Source: Candidatus Moraniibacteriota bacterium (lineage in GTDB: Bacteria > Patescibacteriota > Minisyncoccia > Moranbacterales > GWC2-37-73). Taken from it: DNA of 64,000 nt. A program made the position numbers and the translations under genes. Below, piece by piece: positions 19,023-28,753 of this stretch. Numbering within the stretch: position 1 is the first letter of the stretch; every line of letters starts with the position of its first letter. The notes below the pieces were generated by a model. It saw only the letters and a program-made list of their open reading frames with translations, ran no database searches and was not told the DNA's origin. The stretch lies in NCBI GenBank assembly GCA_036845785.1, contig DAIUDF010000001.1:33221-97220 (forward strand). Reading direction: 5' to 3'.

Positions 19023-20216
19023 CTATTTGATGATTTTGGTGGCTGTTCCGGCTCCGACTGTTTTGCCTCCTTCGCGGATAGCGAAGCGCATTCCTTCTTC
19101 CATAGCTACCGGTGCAATCAATTTAATATTGATGTGCACAGTGTCTCCAGGCATAACCATTTCAGTTCCTTCTGGCAGAATAACTTCTCCGGTAACATCA
19201 GTTGTGCGGATATAGAACTGTGGTTTGTATCCTTTGAAGAAAGGAGTGTGTCTGCCGCCTTCTTCTTTGGTCAGAATATATATTTCACCTTCAAATTCAG
19301 TGTGAGGAGTGATTGAACCCGGTTTAGCCAAAACTTGTCCGCGCTCAACATCTTCTTTCTTAACACCGCGCAGCAGAAGTCCGGCATTGTCTCCAGCTTG
19401 TCCTTTGTCCAAAGATTTGTTGAACATTTCGATTCCGGTTACAACAGTCTTGGTAGTTGGCTTAAGACCAACAATTTCAACTTCTTCATTGATGCTGATG
19501 GTTCCGCGTTCAATTCTTCCGGTTACTACAGTTCCGCGGCCTTCAATTGAGAAAATATCTTCAATCGGCATCAAAAGAGGCTTGTCAGTGTCACGAACCG
19601 GTTCAGGAATTTTTGAGTCCAGTGCGGCAATCAAATCATAGATAGGTTTAGCATCAGCGTCTTCAGCTCCCTTAACTTCCAAAGCTTTGACAGCTGATCC
19701 ACGGATAACAGCGGCATTGTCGCCATCAAATTCATATTTGGAAAGCAGTTCGCGAACTTCTGTTTCAACCAAATCGATAAGTTCAGGATCATCAACCATG
19801 TCAACTTTGTTGATGAAAACAACGATCGCAGGCACGCCTACTTGTTTAGCCAAAAGGATGTGTTCGCGAGTCTGAGGCATAGGACCATCAGTTGCGCTCA
19901 CAACCAAAATTGCTCCGTCCATCTGAGCGGCGCCGGTAATCATGTTTTTGATGTAGTCAGCATGGCCAGGACAGTCAACATGAGCATAATGACGGGTGTC
20001 GGATTCATATTCGCAGTGTGAAGTTGCGATAGTGATTCCGCGTTCCTTTTCTTCTGGAGCGTTGTCGATTTCATTAACGCCTTTTTCCTTGGCAAAACCT
20101 TTAAGGCTCAGACAATGAAGAATAGCCGCGGTCAAAGTTGTTTTGCCGTGGTCAACATGTCCGATTGTGCCGACATTTACATGTGGCTTTGAACGTTCAA
20201 ATTTTTCTGCTGCCAT
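19023..20216 (-). CDS. tuf: elongation factor Tu
   Basis: [18 protein letters not shown] and NKVD motifs. Start at [12 protein letters not shown]. Confidence 0.95.
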   Translation of the reverse strand: MAAEKFERSKPHVNVGTIGHVDHGKTTLTAAILHCLSLKGFAKEKGVNEIDNAPEEKERGITIATSHCEYESDTRHYAHVDCPGHADYIKNMITGAAQMDGAILVVSATDGPMPQTREHILLAKQVGVPAIVVFINKVDMVDDPELIDLVETEVRELLSKYEFDGDNAAVIRGSAVKALEVKGAEDADAKPIYDLIAALDSKIPEPVRDTDKPLLMPIEDIFSIEGRGTVVTGRIERGTISINEEVEIVGLKPTTKTVVTGIEMFNKSLDKGQAGDNAGLLLRGVKKEDVERGQVLAKPGSITPHTEFEGEIYILTKEEGGRHTPFFKGYKPQFYIRTTDVTGEVILPEGTEMVMPGDTVHINIKLIAPVAMEEGMRFAIREGGKTVGAGTATKIIK

Positions 20217-20407
20217 ATTGATTTTTTTCGCGGCCAAAGGTTTTTTACTTTGGCACCACGCGATTAATTAAGATAATTTAATTATAAAATTATTGCATCT
20301 GTTTACTATACACTAAATTCCTTTTTCAGGCAAATTTAAAAAATCCGTCTGTGGAAAATTCAATACATGACTCATTCTACACGACCTATAAAATCTGTCA
20401 ACCCCGC

Positions 20408-20473
20408 ACTAACTTTAGGCAAGTGTACAACACTGGATTGCTTTCAGCAAGCCTAAAGTTAGTGCGGGGTCAA
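20408..20473. repeat. hairpin element family E with 12-bp terminal inverted repeats CCCCGCACTAAC/GTTAGTGCGGGG, two copies (20408-20473 and 59746-59810)
   Basis: The arms are identical and the interiors unrelated. One copy sits at the tuf-side edge of the island. Confidence 0.7.
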
Positions 20474-20612
20474 GCCCCCGCCAATTTGGCACTTTTGTCT
20501 TACCTTAGCCAATAACCAACCCTCAGAAAACCTAGGAATTTGAAGATTTTACTCACTATATCCACATTTTTAATACGTAGCGAAGTAAGTATTAAATTAT
20601 TCCGCCCAGAAA

Positions 20613-21032
20613 TTAGATTTTTTTTCTGAAGAAAATTGAAACAATGAAAATTAAAATGAAAAAGATCGAACCCATGACGCATGTCGGCAGGCCGAAGAAA
20701 TATGCGCTCGGTCCATTTTCAAAAAACAAGGACAATTCTCCCCAAGAAAAATAGCCGGCAAAAAGAACTCCCAAAAATGAAAACAAAAATAAAAGATTGG
20801 CCAAACATTTTGTCGCCTGTTCCTTGAAAAAAAGGACGACGGAAAAAATAAAAAGGAGGCAGAACATGACAAAGCCGTAGTAGCAGGCCGGAAAGCCCAG
20901 GAACAGCGGGCAAGTTTCCCCGAAAGCGCAGACAGATGAAAACATTTTGACTCCGCTCATATAGCCGGAAAACAATACTCCGCCCAGCGAAGCCAGCAAA
21001 AAGAAAATTTTAAAATTTTTGTATTTATCCAT
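20613..21032 (-). CDS. hypothetical polytopic membrane protein with internal 2-TM duplication
   Basis: Two repeated LGGVLFSGYMSG / LGVLFAGYFSWG modules, each followed by Cys residues. Start set at MDKYKNF (cat at 21030-21032). Confidence 0.5.
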   Translation of the reverse strand: MDKYKNFKIFFLLASLGGVLFSGYMSGVKMFSSVCAFGETCPLFLGFPACYYGFVMFCLLFIFSVVLFFKEQATKCLANLLFLFSFLGVLFAGYFSWGELSLFFENGPSAYFFGLPTCVMGSIFFILIFIVSIFFRKKI

Positions 21033-21093
21033 TTTATTAAATAAATAATTAATTAAGTAATTATTTCTGATCCGTTTTTCTTTTTTTACAATT

Positions 21094-21588
21094 TTATATT
21101 TCGGCAAAAAATATCATATAATTATGCCCGAATTTCTTGGCGCATTTCGGACAATAGGCATAGTGGATGTAATAATCCTTGGCCTTTTTCCCTGTCTCGG
21201 CCAGATATCCATCCATAACTTTGATAAATTTAGGAATATCATTATAGCCGCCATCAAAAACTCTGGAGATAAAATTTCCGGAAATCACAACGTTGTTTTC
21301 ATCCGGAACGTCTTTTTCCACCGCTACATATATCTCGCCCCTAAAAGGCGTCGGATCGCGGAACAATATCAGGGTGTCTTTTTTGTCCGGCGCGCCCGCC
21401 CCGACCTTTTCCACAGCCGTCCACATTCTGGTTATTTTTTTGCCGATCATCGGCGGAAAAGGGATATGGAAAAACTCCGGCATGGAATCTTTGATGAATT
21501 TTTTATTGTCCCAGCTCAATGTTTGCTTGTCCCATTTTTCTACACTAAATTCGGGACAGCATTCTTGTTTTTGATTTTCGTTGTTCAT
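21094..21588 (-). CDS. hypothetical protein
   Basis: 164-aa ORF. Its conserved GGCGGGGTAAGTAATTAAT leader motif is shared with two other island genes. No confident domain was recognised. Confidence 0.45.
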   Translation of the reverse strand: MNNENQKQECCPEFSVEKWDKQTLSWDNKKFIKDSMPEFFHIPFPPMIGKKITRMWTAVEKVGAGAPDKKDTLILFRDPTPFRGEIYVAVEKDVPDENNVVISGNFISRVFDGGYNDIPKFIKVMDGYLAETGKKAKDYYIHYAYCPKCAKKFGHNYMIFFAEI

Positions 21589-21686
21589 AGTTTTATTAAT
21601 TACGTAATTAATTACTTACCCCGTCAATTATATCTGATCAGAAAATGATTATCTTTATTTTTCCTTTGCTCGATTTTATTTTTTAT

Positions 21687-22964
21687 CTATTTTTTCGCTC
21701 TTTCTGATTGTTTAATTTTATTTATTATTACTTGCATTTTATCCCAATCTTTAAATTTTTTCCTAGTTAAAAAAAATTTTTTTAATTCTTCCTCGGGATT
21801 TACCGCTAAACTATATTTTTTGTGTGTCATTCTTTTTAAAATGCAGTGGATAATATTTCTTTCTGAAGAATAGGTCAGGGATGCCGGCATTTTTAAAATT
21901 GCATTTCTTGTTTCTTTAATATCATTGTCAAAAATCATGGTTAGAGTTTGAAAATTTCTTTTAGAAGTTTGGTAAGACTGATGGAAAAGCGATGGCTGTC
22001 TTAATGCAATTTTAATAAAATCTTCTTTGGAAAGTCCTAATATCTCGACTGAATTTTCAATATTTTTAACAATAGTCATGGGAGATTGATAAAAAAGCTG
22101 TGGATGCTTTAACGCAACTTCCAGAAATTCTTGTTTATCAATGCTTATAAGCTTTGATGTACTTTCAATATTATTATTTATCGTGCTTGGGTTAAGATAA
22201 AGAATTTGAGGAGCTTTAAGAGAGCTTTTTATAAACATCTCTTTTTTGATCCCTAATAATTCGGCCGAATTTTCAGCATTATTATTTATAGTTTCGGGAT
22301 ATTGAACTAAGAGCGATGGTCTTTTAAGAGCTGCGTTGAGAAATTTTTCTCTCGAAATACCCAACAATTTAGCTGAATTTTCGATATTACTATTGATAGT
22401 TTCTGGGAGCATACCAAAAAGTGACGGGTGTTTAATTGCAGCTTTAATAAATTCTTCTTCTGATATTCCTATTAGCTTAGCTGAATTTTTAATATTACTA
22501 TCGATAGTTTCTGGAGATTGACAAAAAAGTTGTGGCGTTTTAAATATGCACTTTTTCCATTCATCTGCTGACACATTAAAATTACGCATACTTCGCAAGA
22601 AATTATATTTGTATTTGTCTGATTTAAGAGTTTCCGGACGACATCTAAGAATTGCTTCGTTTGAAATAATCTTATTTACTTCATCATCTGTGAAAACAAT
22701 TTTTTGTTCTTCTTTTTGATTATCGGCAGGAATAGTTATTTTAAATTCGCAAAAAACTTTCCTCAGCTCAATTTTCCTTCTAGCTTTTGGACCTTGTTGA
22801 CCATTTTCTTGTCTATCTCTTTCTTCTTGCAGCGTTATTTCAGATTGAGCATAATCATCTCTGGAAGGCTCTCCGCTTTCATTTCTTTTCAGCTTCAAAT
22901 CAAGAGCTTTATCTCTTATTACATGTGCCTCATTTTCTGCTTTTTCAAACAAATACTTCTCCAT
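21687..22964 (-). CDS. tandem-repeat protein with about seven 36-aa mTERF-like repeats
   Basis: Repeats of the form F.KAA.KHPSLF.Q.PETINSNIENSAKLLGIS.EEF. The DNA shows matching 108-bp periodicity across 21950-22560. Confidence 0.6.
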   Translation of the reverse strand: MEKYLFEKAENEAHVIRDKALDLKLKRNESGEPSRDDYAQSEITLQEERDRQENGQQGPKARRKIELRKVFCEFKITIPADNQKEEQKIVFTDDEVNKIISNEAILRCRPETLKSDKYKYNFLRSMRNFNVSADEWKKCIFKTPQLFCQSPETIDSNIKNSAKLIGISEEEFIKAAIKHPSLFGMLPETINSNIENSAKLLGISREKFLNAALKRPSLLVQYPETINNNAENSAELLGIKKEMFIKSSLKAPQILYLNPSTINNNIESTSKLISIDKQEFLEVALKHPQLFYQSPMTIVKNIENSVEILGLSKEDFIKIALRQPSLFHQSYQTSKRNFQTLTMIFDNDIKETRNAILKMPASLTYSSERNIIHCILKRMTHKKYSLAVNPEEELKKFFLTRKKFKDWDKMQVIINKIKQSERAKK

Positions 22965-23014
22965 AAAAAATTTACTGTCTGTATTAATTACTTACTCCGC
23001 CAATCAGATTAATT

Positions 23015-23066
23015 ATACAATTCTTGGCTGTTTTTATTATATCACCAAATTAAAAAGGCCGATTTC
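23015..23066 (-). promoter_or_regulatory. conserved promoter/leader element F, two copies (23015-23066 and 24160-24215), with extended -10 TGATATAAT
   Basis: AATTATACAATTCTTGGCTGwTTTTATTATATCACCAAATTAAAAAGGCCG on the plus strand. The minus strand reads ttggTGaTATAATaaaa, then GGCGGGGTAAGTAATTAAT just before the ATG of the lipoprotein and repeat-protein genes. Confidence 0.45.
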
Positions 23067-23101
23067 ACATCCCCCTTCGGCATAAATTCAGGGGGATGTA
23101 A

Positions 23102-23374
23102 TCATTTTTTGCTAAAGAGACTTATCCGACGTTTTTCAACATAGACAATTTGCCACCATTTCTGGCCGATGAAATAGCCCGCAGCTACGCCCAAAAGCAG
23201 AAGGATGAAAGTTAGCATTGGCCAGACATATCCCCCGTTTCCAAGAATTGACGGGCCAGTACCTGATTTCAAAAGACTCTTAATATACCACAATTCCAAT
23301 CCGGCACGAGCAATCACCGAAAGCAGAATAAACAAAACAATGCTGGCAATTAAATATATTGTTTTTTTGGTCAT
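23102..23374 (-). CDS. small two-TM membrane protein
   Basis: 90 aa with two hydrophobic helices. Confidence 0.5.
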   Translation of the reverse strand: MTKKTIYLIASIVLFILLSVIARAGLELWYIKSLLKSGTGPSILGNGGYVWPMLTFILLLLGVAAGYFIGQKWWQIVYVEKRRISLFSKK

Positions 23375-23457
23375 AAATTTAATACCCTTCTTAATAATTA
23401 TAATTAATTTATACTTATTCCGGAATTCTTGAGAATACCGGAATAGTGTAATTTTGA

Positions 23458-24111
23458 TTATTTGTAATTTTTGATCGCTTCGCCTATCTTTATTGCAAAA
23501 TCAATGAATTTTCCGTTCTCAATCGTATTTTTTGAACTTGGCTTGATTGAAATAAATTTTTCCGGACTAAGTACAAAATAAATTTCACTGACAAGATCTC
23601 CTTGTGTAATTACTACATTATCCATAGGAATTTTAGGATTTTTTTCTACCTTATCTCCGGTCTGTTGATAAAAAAGTTTTTGATTTTCAATTTTTAAATA
23701 TTCCAGATTAAACAATAAATATTCCTTATCATTAAGATAATAGGAACAATTATAAAGACTTGCATATTTTGGCAGTTCGATTTTTACTACTTTTTGGCCT
23801 AAGGCATTTTCCACAAATTCTTTAGTAAACTGACCGCAGATATCTTCAACAATATAATAACTTTTGTCCTGACGACTTGGTTCTCCTGGATATTCCACAA
23901 AACAATTTTTAAGACGCTTTCCTGGTTCGCCATAACCTTCTATTGATACATTTTCTTTTTCGCAAGCTCCGTCTAAATTATCTTCAGTTGCTGGGGCTGA
24001 CGCTACACTTTCCGCATTATTATTTTTTTCAGCTTGATTGTTATTTGCACAACCGGAAAGAAAAATGGCTCCAACAATTAACATCGGCAGAATGATTATT
24101 TTTTTGTTCAT
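23458..24111 (-). CDS. putative lipoprotein
   Basis: Signal peptide with an LSGC lipobox. Confidence 0.55.
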   Translation of the reverse strand: MNKKIIILPMLIVGAIFLSGCANNNQAEKNNNAESVASAPATEDNLDGACEKENVSIEGYGEPGKRLKNCFVEYPGEPSRQDKSYYIVEDICGQFTKEFVENALGQKVVKIELPKYASLYNCSYYLNDKEYLLFNLEYLKIENQKLFYQQTGDKVEKNPKIPMDNVVITQGDLVSEIYFVLSPEKFISIKPSSKNTIENGKFIDFAIKIGEAIKNYK

Positions 24112-24265
24112 GGTTTTATTAAATAAATAATTAATTACTTACCCCGCCAAGCATGTTTAATTATACAATTCTTGGCTGATTTTATTATATCACCAAATTA
24201 AAAAGGCCGCTTTTAAACTTGTCTTGCGGCCTTTATAGATTGGAAAAATTTCCTTTTTCAACTCC

Positions 24266-24760
24266 TTACGTCCTTATAATCTTGTCTATAGCCATTTGCT
24301 CAGCGTTTTTGAGGATTTCCTCAATAAAAGGATCCCTGCGAAAAATGAGATGATCGGGCGTGTTATCGAAAACAAATGTTCTCCCAGTGAAAGGAAGAAA
24401 GGTTTCCCATCTATCCCCCTTAATCTGCATCGGGACTCCTCTCGTCGATTCAAGACCGCATTCTGCTGCAATTTTTTCTACCGCATCCCTACATTCAGCA
24501 GGGACGCTCATTACAGTCCAAATTTTTTTAGCCCAACGGATCGTGTGCATGAAAAAAAGCGCGCTCTGTTGGCTTTGCGGATTGAAATGCTTATGCTTCA
24601 CAGTCAGCATGCATTCCCTGATGCCAGGCGTATATGGTTCTTCTAATCCTACATACTGAATGAATCGCTTATTATTCAAAAGATCATTAAATTCTTCAGT
24701 CATAATGCCTATTGCCTGGGTTTTTGTTTCTTTTTTTAACAAGCTCTTCAATCGTATCAT
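24266..24760 (-). CDS. hypothetical protein
   Basis: 164-aa ORF with locally higher GC than its neighbours. No domain was recognised. Confidence 0.45.
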   Translation of the reverse strand: MIRLKSLLKKETKTQAIGIMTEEFNDLLNNKRFIQYVGLEEPYTPGIRECMLTVKHKHFNPQSQQSALFFMHTIRWAKKIWTVMSVPAECRDAVEKIAAECGLESTRGVPMQIKGDRWETFLPFTGRTFVFDNTPDHLIFRRDPFIEEILKNAEQMAIDKIIRT

Positions 24761-24895
24761 TTGAACCTCCTTTCATTAAATATTTGAGAGTTATTTTCTT
24801 TTTATAAGTTGTTAAAGAAGTGTTAAAAATATCACCACCTGTACATACCTAGGTACGCTCGCCCCGTAGCAAGCGAAGCTTTGCTTCTGGGGTAA

Positions 24896-25474
24896 TTAAT
24901 TATTTATTCTTTCAATCTCTTTTAACAAAAAATTTAAATCTTTTGACAATGGATTTCCTTTCCATCTTTTCAGGATTGATTTGATAGCCATTTGCTGATG
25001 ATTTAAGATTTTTTCTTTTGGCGCATTAAATCTGGCAAAAACTTCCTCTCTGTAACGATTATAATCATCCAACAATTCAGAAACGTTAGCAATAATATCA
25101 GCCGATTTAATTAGTAAAGAATCATGCGAAAAATTCTTTATGTGTTCCAATGCTTGCTTTTTCCTTTCCTCCCATGGTAATTTTTTCTCAATCTCTGTTA
25201 CACTCAAAACTCCTCTTGCAACTTTTTTACCGAATCTTTCTTCCAGCATTTTGGCATTTACTTTTTTCTGATCTATAGAATCCTCAATCGTATCGTGCAA
25301 AATTCCAGCCACAACTATGTCTTCTTTGGCTTTGATCAGTGAGAGGATAATCCCTACAGTTAATGGATGGGTTATATATGCGATATCTTTGCCTTTTCTT
25401 TTTTGCTTCTGATACACTTCGTGTGTTTTAGTGGCAAATTTTATCGCCTTTTGTATTTTTGGAGTATAGATCAT
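24896..25474 (-). CDS. HD-domain metal-dependent phosphohydrolase
   Basis: ITHPLTV...AGILHDTIED matches the HD motif. Confidence 0.7.
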   Translation of the reverse strand: MIYTPKIQKAIKFATKTHEVYQKQKRKGKDIAYITHPLTVGIILSLIKAKEDIVVAGILHDTIEDSIDQKKVNAKMLEERFGKKVARGVLSVTEIEKKLPWEERKKQALEHIKNFSHDSLLIKSADIIANVSELLDDYNRYREEVFARFNAPKEKILNHQQMAIKSILKRWKGNPLSKDLNFLLKEIERINN

Positions 25475-25571
25475 AATTTATTGTATACTTAGAATACTTT
25501 AAATTTTTTTGCATTCACCTCCCCCTTCGGCATAAATTCAGAGGTACGTAATTAATTACGTAAATTCAAAT

Positions 25572-26591
25572 TTATTCCTCATTATTTCTAATTCTTCCCC
25601 AATTTATTCTATCCAATTCTGGTTTTAATCTTGATACTAATAAATCTAATCTATCCAAAATTTCATTCACATCTTCTTGATCAAATTCAATTTTATTTGT
25701 TGTAGAATAAACATTATATAATTTTGACCAATTTTTGCCCCACTTAGCTTTTAACTTAAAAATTTTATCACTCTTAGATAAATCTTTTTGCACATTCTTC
25801 ATTATTTTAAGTAATTTATTTCTTCTTTTCTTAGTAAAATCATGAATCAAATGGGATTTAGCAAATTCAACATGAAAAGCTATTTCAAACTGCGCTTTAT
25901 CGCTTGCTTTAGTTATTTTTTTAGAAGTTATTTCAAAATGTAAAAATGGATTTCCTATTTTTTCTTTAATTTGAATCATATGTCTAAACTGAGTCCTGTT
26001 TTCCATTAGTCCTTCAGCAATTGGCTGATTTAAAAATTTATTTAGAATTTCTTGTAAAATTTGCTCTCTGGTATAAATTTTTCTCAACTTAATTAGCAGC
26101 GGTTTAGCTGGAATACCTAATTCACATTTTTTACTATTCGCAAAAAAAACTCCTATAGAAGATCCGAAATCACCTAGATTTTTTAACATTAATTTAGCCG
26201 AAGGTAATAATTTGTCCTTTTTTTCTAGAGGTAAAGTTACAAAAAAACAAGCACGGATGGCTTTATTTTCAAGAAAAGTTGAAACATCTTCTAGCTCCAA
26301 TCTTTCTTGTTGAGTTATTTTTTCAAGAAATTCATAACCTTTCTCCTGGATAACTGACATATAGGCAATAAGCTGGCCAACTGCATGGCCGATCGAAGCA
26401 ACATTTCCAGATCTTTTCCCTTCACTAATATAGAAACATTTTTCGTTTTGATTATAGGCCAGAACATCAAGGAAGCCAGCTGAAAATTTAAATTCCGTAA
26501 CAGAAAAATTACATTTGAATTTACTTTTGAAATAATTTTTAGTCGGCTGATTTAATTGTTTGTCTTCTGGGTTGTTCATAAGTTCTGGCAA
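25572..26591 (-). CDS. hypothetical protein with N-terminal PD-(D/E)xK nuclease-like motif
   Basis: FLDVLAY...ISEGK fits a D...ExK arrangement. It is the last gene of a tightly packed six-gene operon. Confidence 0.45.
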   Translation of the reverse strand: MPELMNNPEDKQLNQPTKNYFKSKFKCNFSVTEFKFSAGFLDVLAYNQNEKCFYISEGKRSGNVASIGHAVGQLIAYMSVIQEKGYEFLEKITQQERLELEDVSTFLENKAIRACFFVTLPLEKKDKLLPSAKLMLKNLGDFGSSIGVFFANSKKCELGIPAKPLLIKLRKIYTREQILQEILNKFLNQPIAEGLMENRTQFRHMIQIKEKIGNPFLHFEITSKKITKASDKAQFEIAFHVEFAKSHLIHDFTKKRRNKLLKIMKNVQKDLSKSDKIFKLKAKWGKNWSKLYNVYSTTNKIEFDQEDVNEILDRLDLLVSRLKPELDRINWGRIRNNEE

Positions 26592-26607
26592 GTAATTAAT
26601 TACGTAA

Positions 26608-26793
26608 TTATCTATTATATTTTTTATTACAAGATGGACAATATTTCCAATTTCCTGTTATCTTAACACCACAAATACATTTTCTCATTCCATATCTCGC
26701 CTTATTTTCTTTTTGCACTTTTTCCCAGCAGTCATTACAATATATACTTTTTATATACTTTGATTGATAACCACATTTTCTACATTTTCCCAT
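26608..26793 (-). CDS. small zinc-ribbon protein
   Basis: 61 aa containing CxxC...CxxC...CxC...CxxC. Confidence 0.5.
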   Translation of the reverse strand: MGKCRKCGYQSKYIKSIYCNDCWEKVQKENKARYGMRKCICGVKITGNWKYCPSCNKKYNR

Positions 26794-26808
26794 AAATTTT
26801 TTATCCTA

Positions 26809-27912
26809 TTATTTCCCCGATTTAGTTCGATTGTCTTGTTTGCAAAGCATCTGACAATTTTCAGCAATTGTTTTTCCGCCCTCATGCCAAGGTTTGATAT
26901 GATCAGCTTCCATCTCGCCTATTTTAAAATGTTCACTGCATTTCGGACAAATTCCATTTTGTCTTTCATAAGCTTCACGCTTCATTTTGTCAGTAAACGC
27001 CCGAATCGAAAGATATTTTTCCTGTCTGGTTAAAACATACGGATAAATTCCGGATTTTTTCGTCACATCTTCATCCTGCATTAAATCTTTGATTTCGGTT
27101 TCAAGTTTTTTAGTATCTAGTTTTTTATCTTTAAATTCATTATATAATTCACCCCACTGCACGTTTTTCATTTCTTTGCGATAATTTATGAAAGTTTTTC
27201 TGGCCCACTCAATAACATTTTGAAAATATTCCCACAATTCTTCGGCATTTTTGTCGTGCTGATGTTTGGCCATATAGTCTTCAATTTTTCCATCATTTAT
27301 CCATGAAATTGCAGTTTCTAAATATTCTTGCCGAATTGGCGAACCACTAACTAACCCACCTCCATCATTGGCCAGAAGATAAGCTGCGCAATTTGATTTA
27401 CTGAATTTTAGTTTTGCATCAGAAAGCCACGGACCAGTATAGACAGCATTTCTAAGTTCTTGGTCAGTCAATTTCTCGCCGGCAATATTAATAATTTTAA
27501 ACCAATCTAATCGCTCTTTGTCACTGCCTTCGCAAAAATAGATCATGAGTTCATAATTCAGAATCTGTTCTTGTTCTTCTTTGGTTAGATTGTGAAACGC
27601 AGCTAGTCTACCGTTGAATTCAACAGAATAATTACCTTCTTTATATTCCGCAATACTAATTGTTCTTTGTTGACCATCAAGCACTTCAAAATTTCCCTGA
27701 TCAGTTTTGACCCAATACATTACATTAAGTGGAAAACTGTTTTTGATTGTTTCAATCACAGCATCGCGCTGTTTGCCGGTGTATACAAACTCCCGTTGAT
27801 ATTTCGGACGAATATCCAACTTGCCGCCATAAGCCACCACGCCTTCTTCGTGACTGTCCTTATAGCCATTGATAACGTCCCGCACCGAAATTCTTTGTAG
27901 TTCAATTTTCAT
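26809..27912 (-). CDS. DUF262 (ParB-like, DGQQR) plus HNH nuclease, GmrSD/SspE-like defense nuclease candidate
   Basis: VLDGQQRTISI is the DUF262 hallmark. The C-terminal ADHIKPWHEGGKTIAENCQMLCKQDNRTK is an HNH motif. Confidence 0.75.
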   Translation of the reverse strand: MKIELQRISVRDVINGYKDSHEEGVVAYGGKLDIRPKYQREFVYTGKQRDAVIETIKNSFPLNVMYWVKTDQGNFEVLDGQQRTISIAEYKEGNYSVEFNGRLAAFHNLTKEEQEQILNYELMIYFCEGSDKERLDWFKIINIAGEKLTDQELRNAVYTGPWLSDAKLKFSKSNCAAYLLANDGGGLVSGSPIRQEYLETAISWINDGKIEDYMAKHQHDKNAEELWEYFQNVIEWARKTFINYRKEMKNVQWGELYNEFKDKKLDTKKLETEIKDLMQDEDVTKKSGIYPYVLTRQEKYLSIRAFTDKMKREAYERQNGICPKCSEHFKIGEMEADHIKPWHEGGKTIAENCQMLCKQDNRTKSGK

Positions 27913-27918
27913 ATTATT

Positions 27919-28413
27919 TTAATTTTTGAAATAATTGTTATCAATAATAAATTGGTTGACTTTTTGACTTATTTTTTCAATAACTTCTAATTTTGGCATT
28001 TTTTTATATCCATACATCATTTCTAATAACATTTCATCTGAAAAATAATCAAATCCTTTTTTAAAATATAATTTATTAACATTTTTAAGATTTTTTTTGT
28101 CTTTCTTTGAAAAAATATTAATAAATAATAATTCAAATTCTTTAATTACTTTCTCTAAATTATGCTTGATACTTATTGCTAAAAAACGTTTTTTAGACTT
28201 AGTGCATTCTTTGCTTAAAATTGCTGCTTTCAATCCCCTTTCTATTGAAGATAAATACATAGAATATTTAGCTAACGAAAAATGCTTTTGCTTGTATGAT
28301 TCTGCCGAATTATGAAAATCGTCTGAAATTTTGGCTAGCATATAAGGAGTAATCGAAATAGCTAAAGGATCGCATTTTATTAAACAATGTTTATTCTTAA
28401 CTTGTAGTTTCAT
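27919..28413 (-). CDS. hypothetical protein (operon member)
   Basis: 164 aa, very AT-rich, 6 bp downstream of the preceding gene. Confidence 0.45.
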   Translation of the reverse strand: MKLQVKNKHCLIKCDPLAISITPYMLAKISDDFHNSAESYKQKHFSLAKYSMYLSSIERGLKAAILSKECTKSKKRFLAISIKHNLEKVIKEFELLFINIFSKKDKKNLKNVNKLYFKKGFDYFSDEMLLEMMYGYKKMPKLEVIEKISQKVNQFIIDNNYFKN

Positions 28414-28451
28414 AAAATTCCTTATTATTTTTTTATTTTTAATTAAAATAT

Positions 28452-28730
28452 CTAATCAATTTTAAATAGAGATTTAAAATTATCTACTAAATCAATTTTA
28501 TAAATGAACGCTGTGACAGATAAAATAAGTGCTAATATTGAGATTATTAAAGATGCTAATGAAATTTTTTTCTGATAACCAGTTATATGCTTATTCATTT
28601 CTAATTGCAGTCTATTTGAATGGCTTAGCCATAAGCCGCATTTTTTACATTCGGAAACCCCTGGCCCATCTCTTCCATCATAAGTTAAAATTCTCCAATC
28701 ATGCTTACAATTTAGTTGATCTTTTGACAT
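28452..28730 (-). CDS. small zinc-ribbon protein with C-terminal TM helix
   Basis: CKHDW...CKKCG followed by a hydrophobic helix. Confidence 0.45.
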   Translation of the reverse strand: MSKDQLNCKHDWRILTYDGRDGPGVSECKKCGLWLSHSNRLQLEMNKHITGYQKKISLASLIISILALILSVTAFIYKIDLVDNFKSLFKID

Positions 28731-28753
28731 AGATATTTTTAATTATCGGACAA

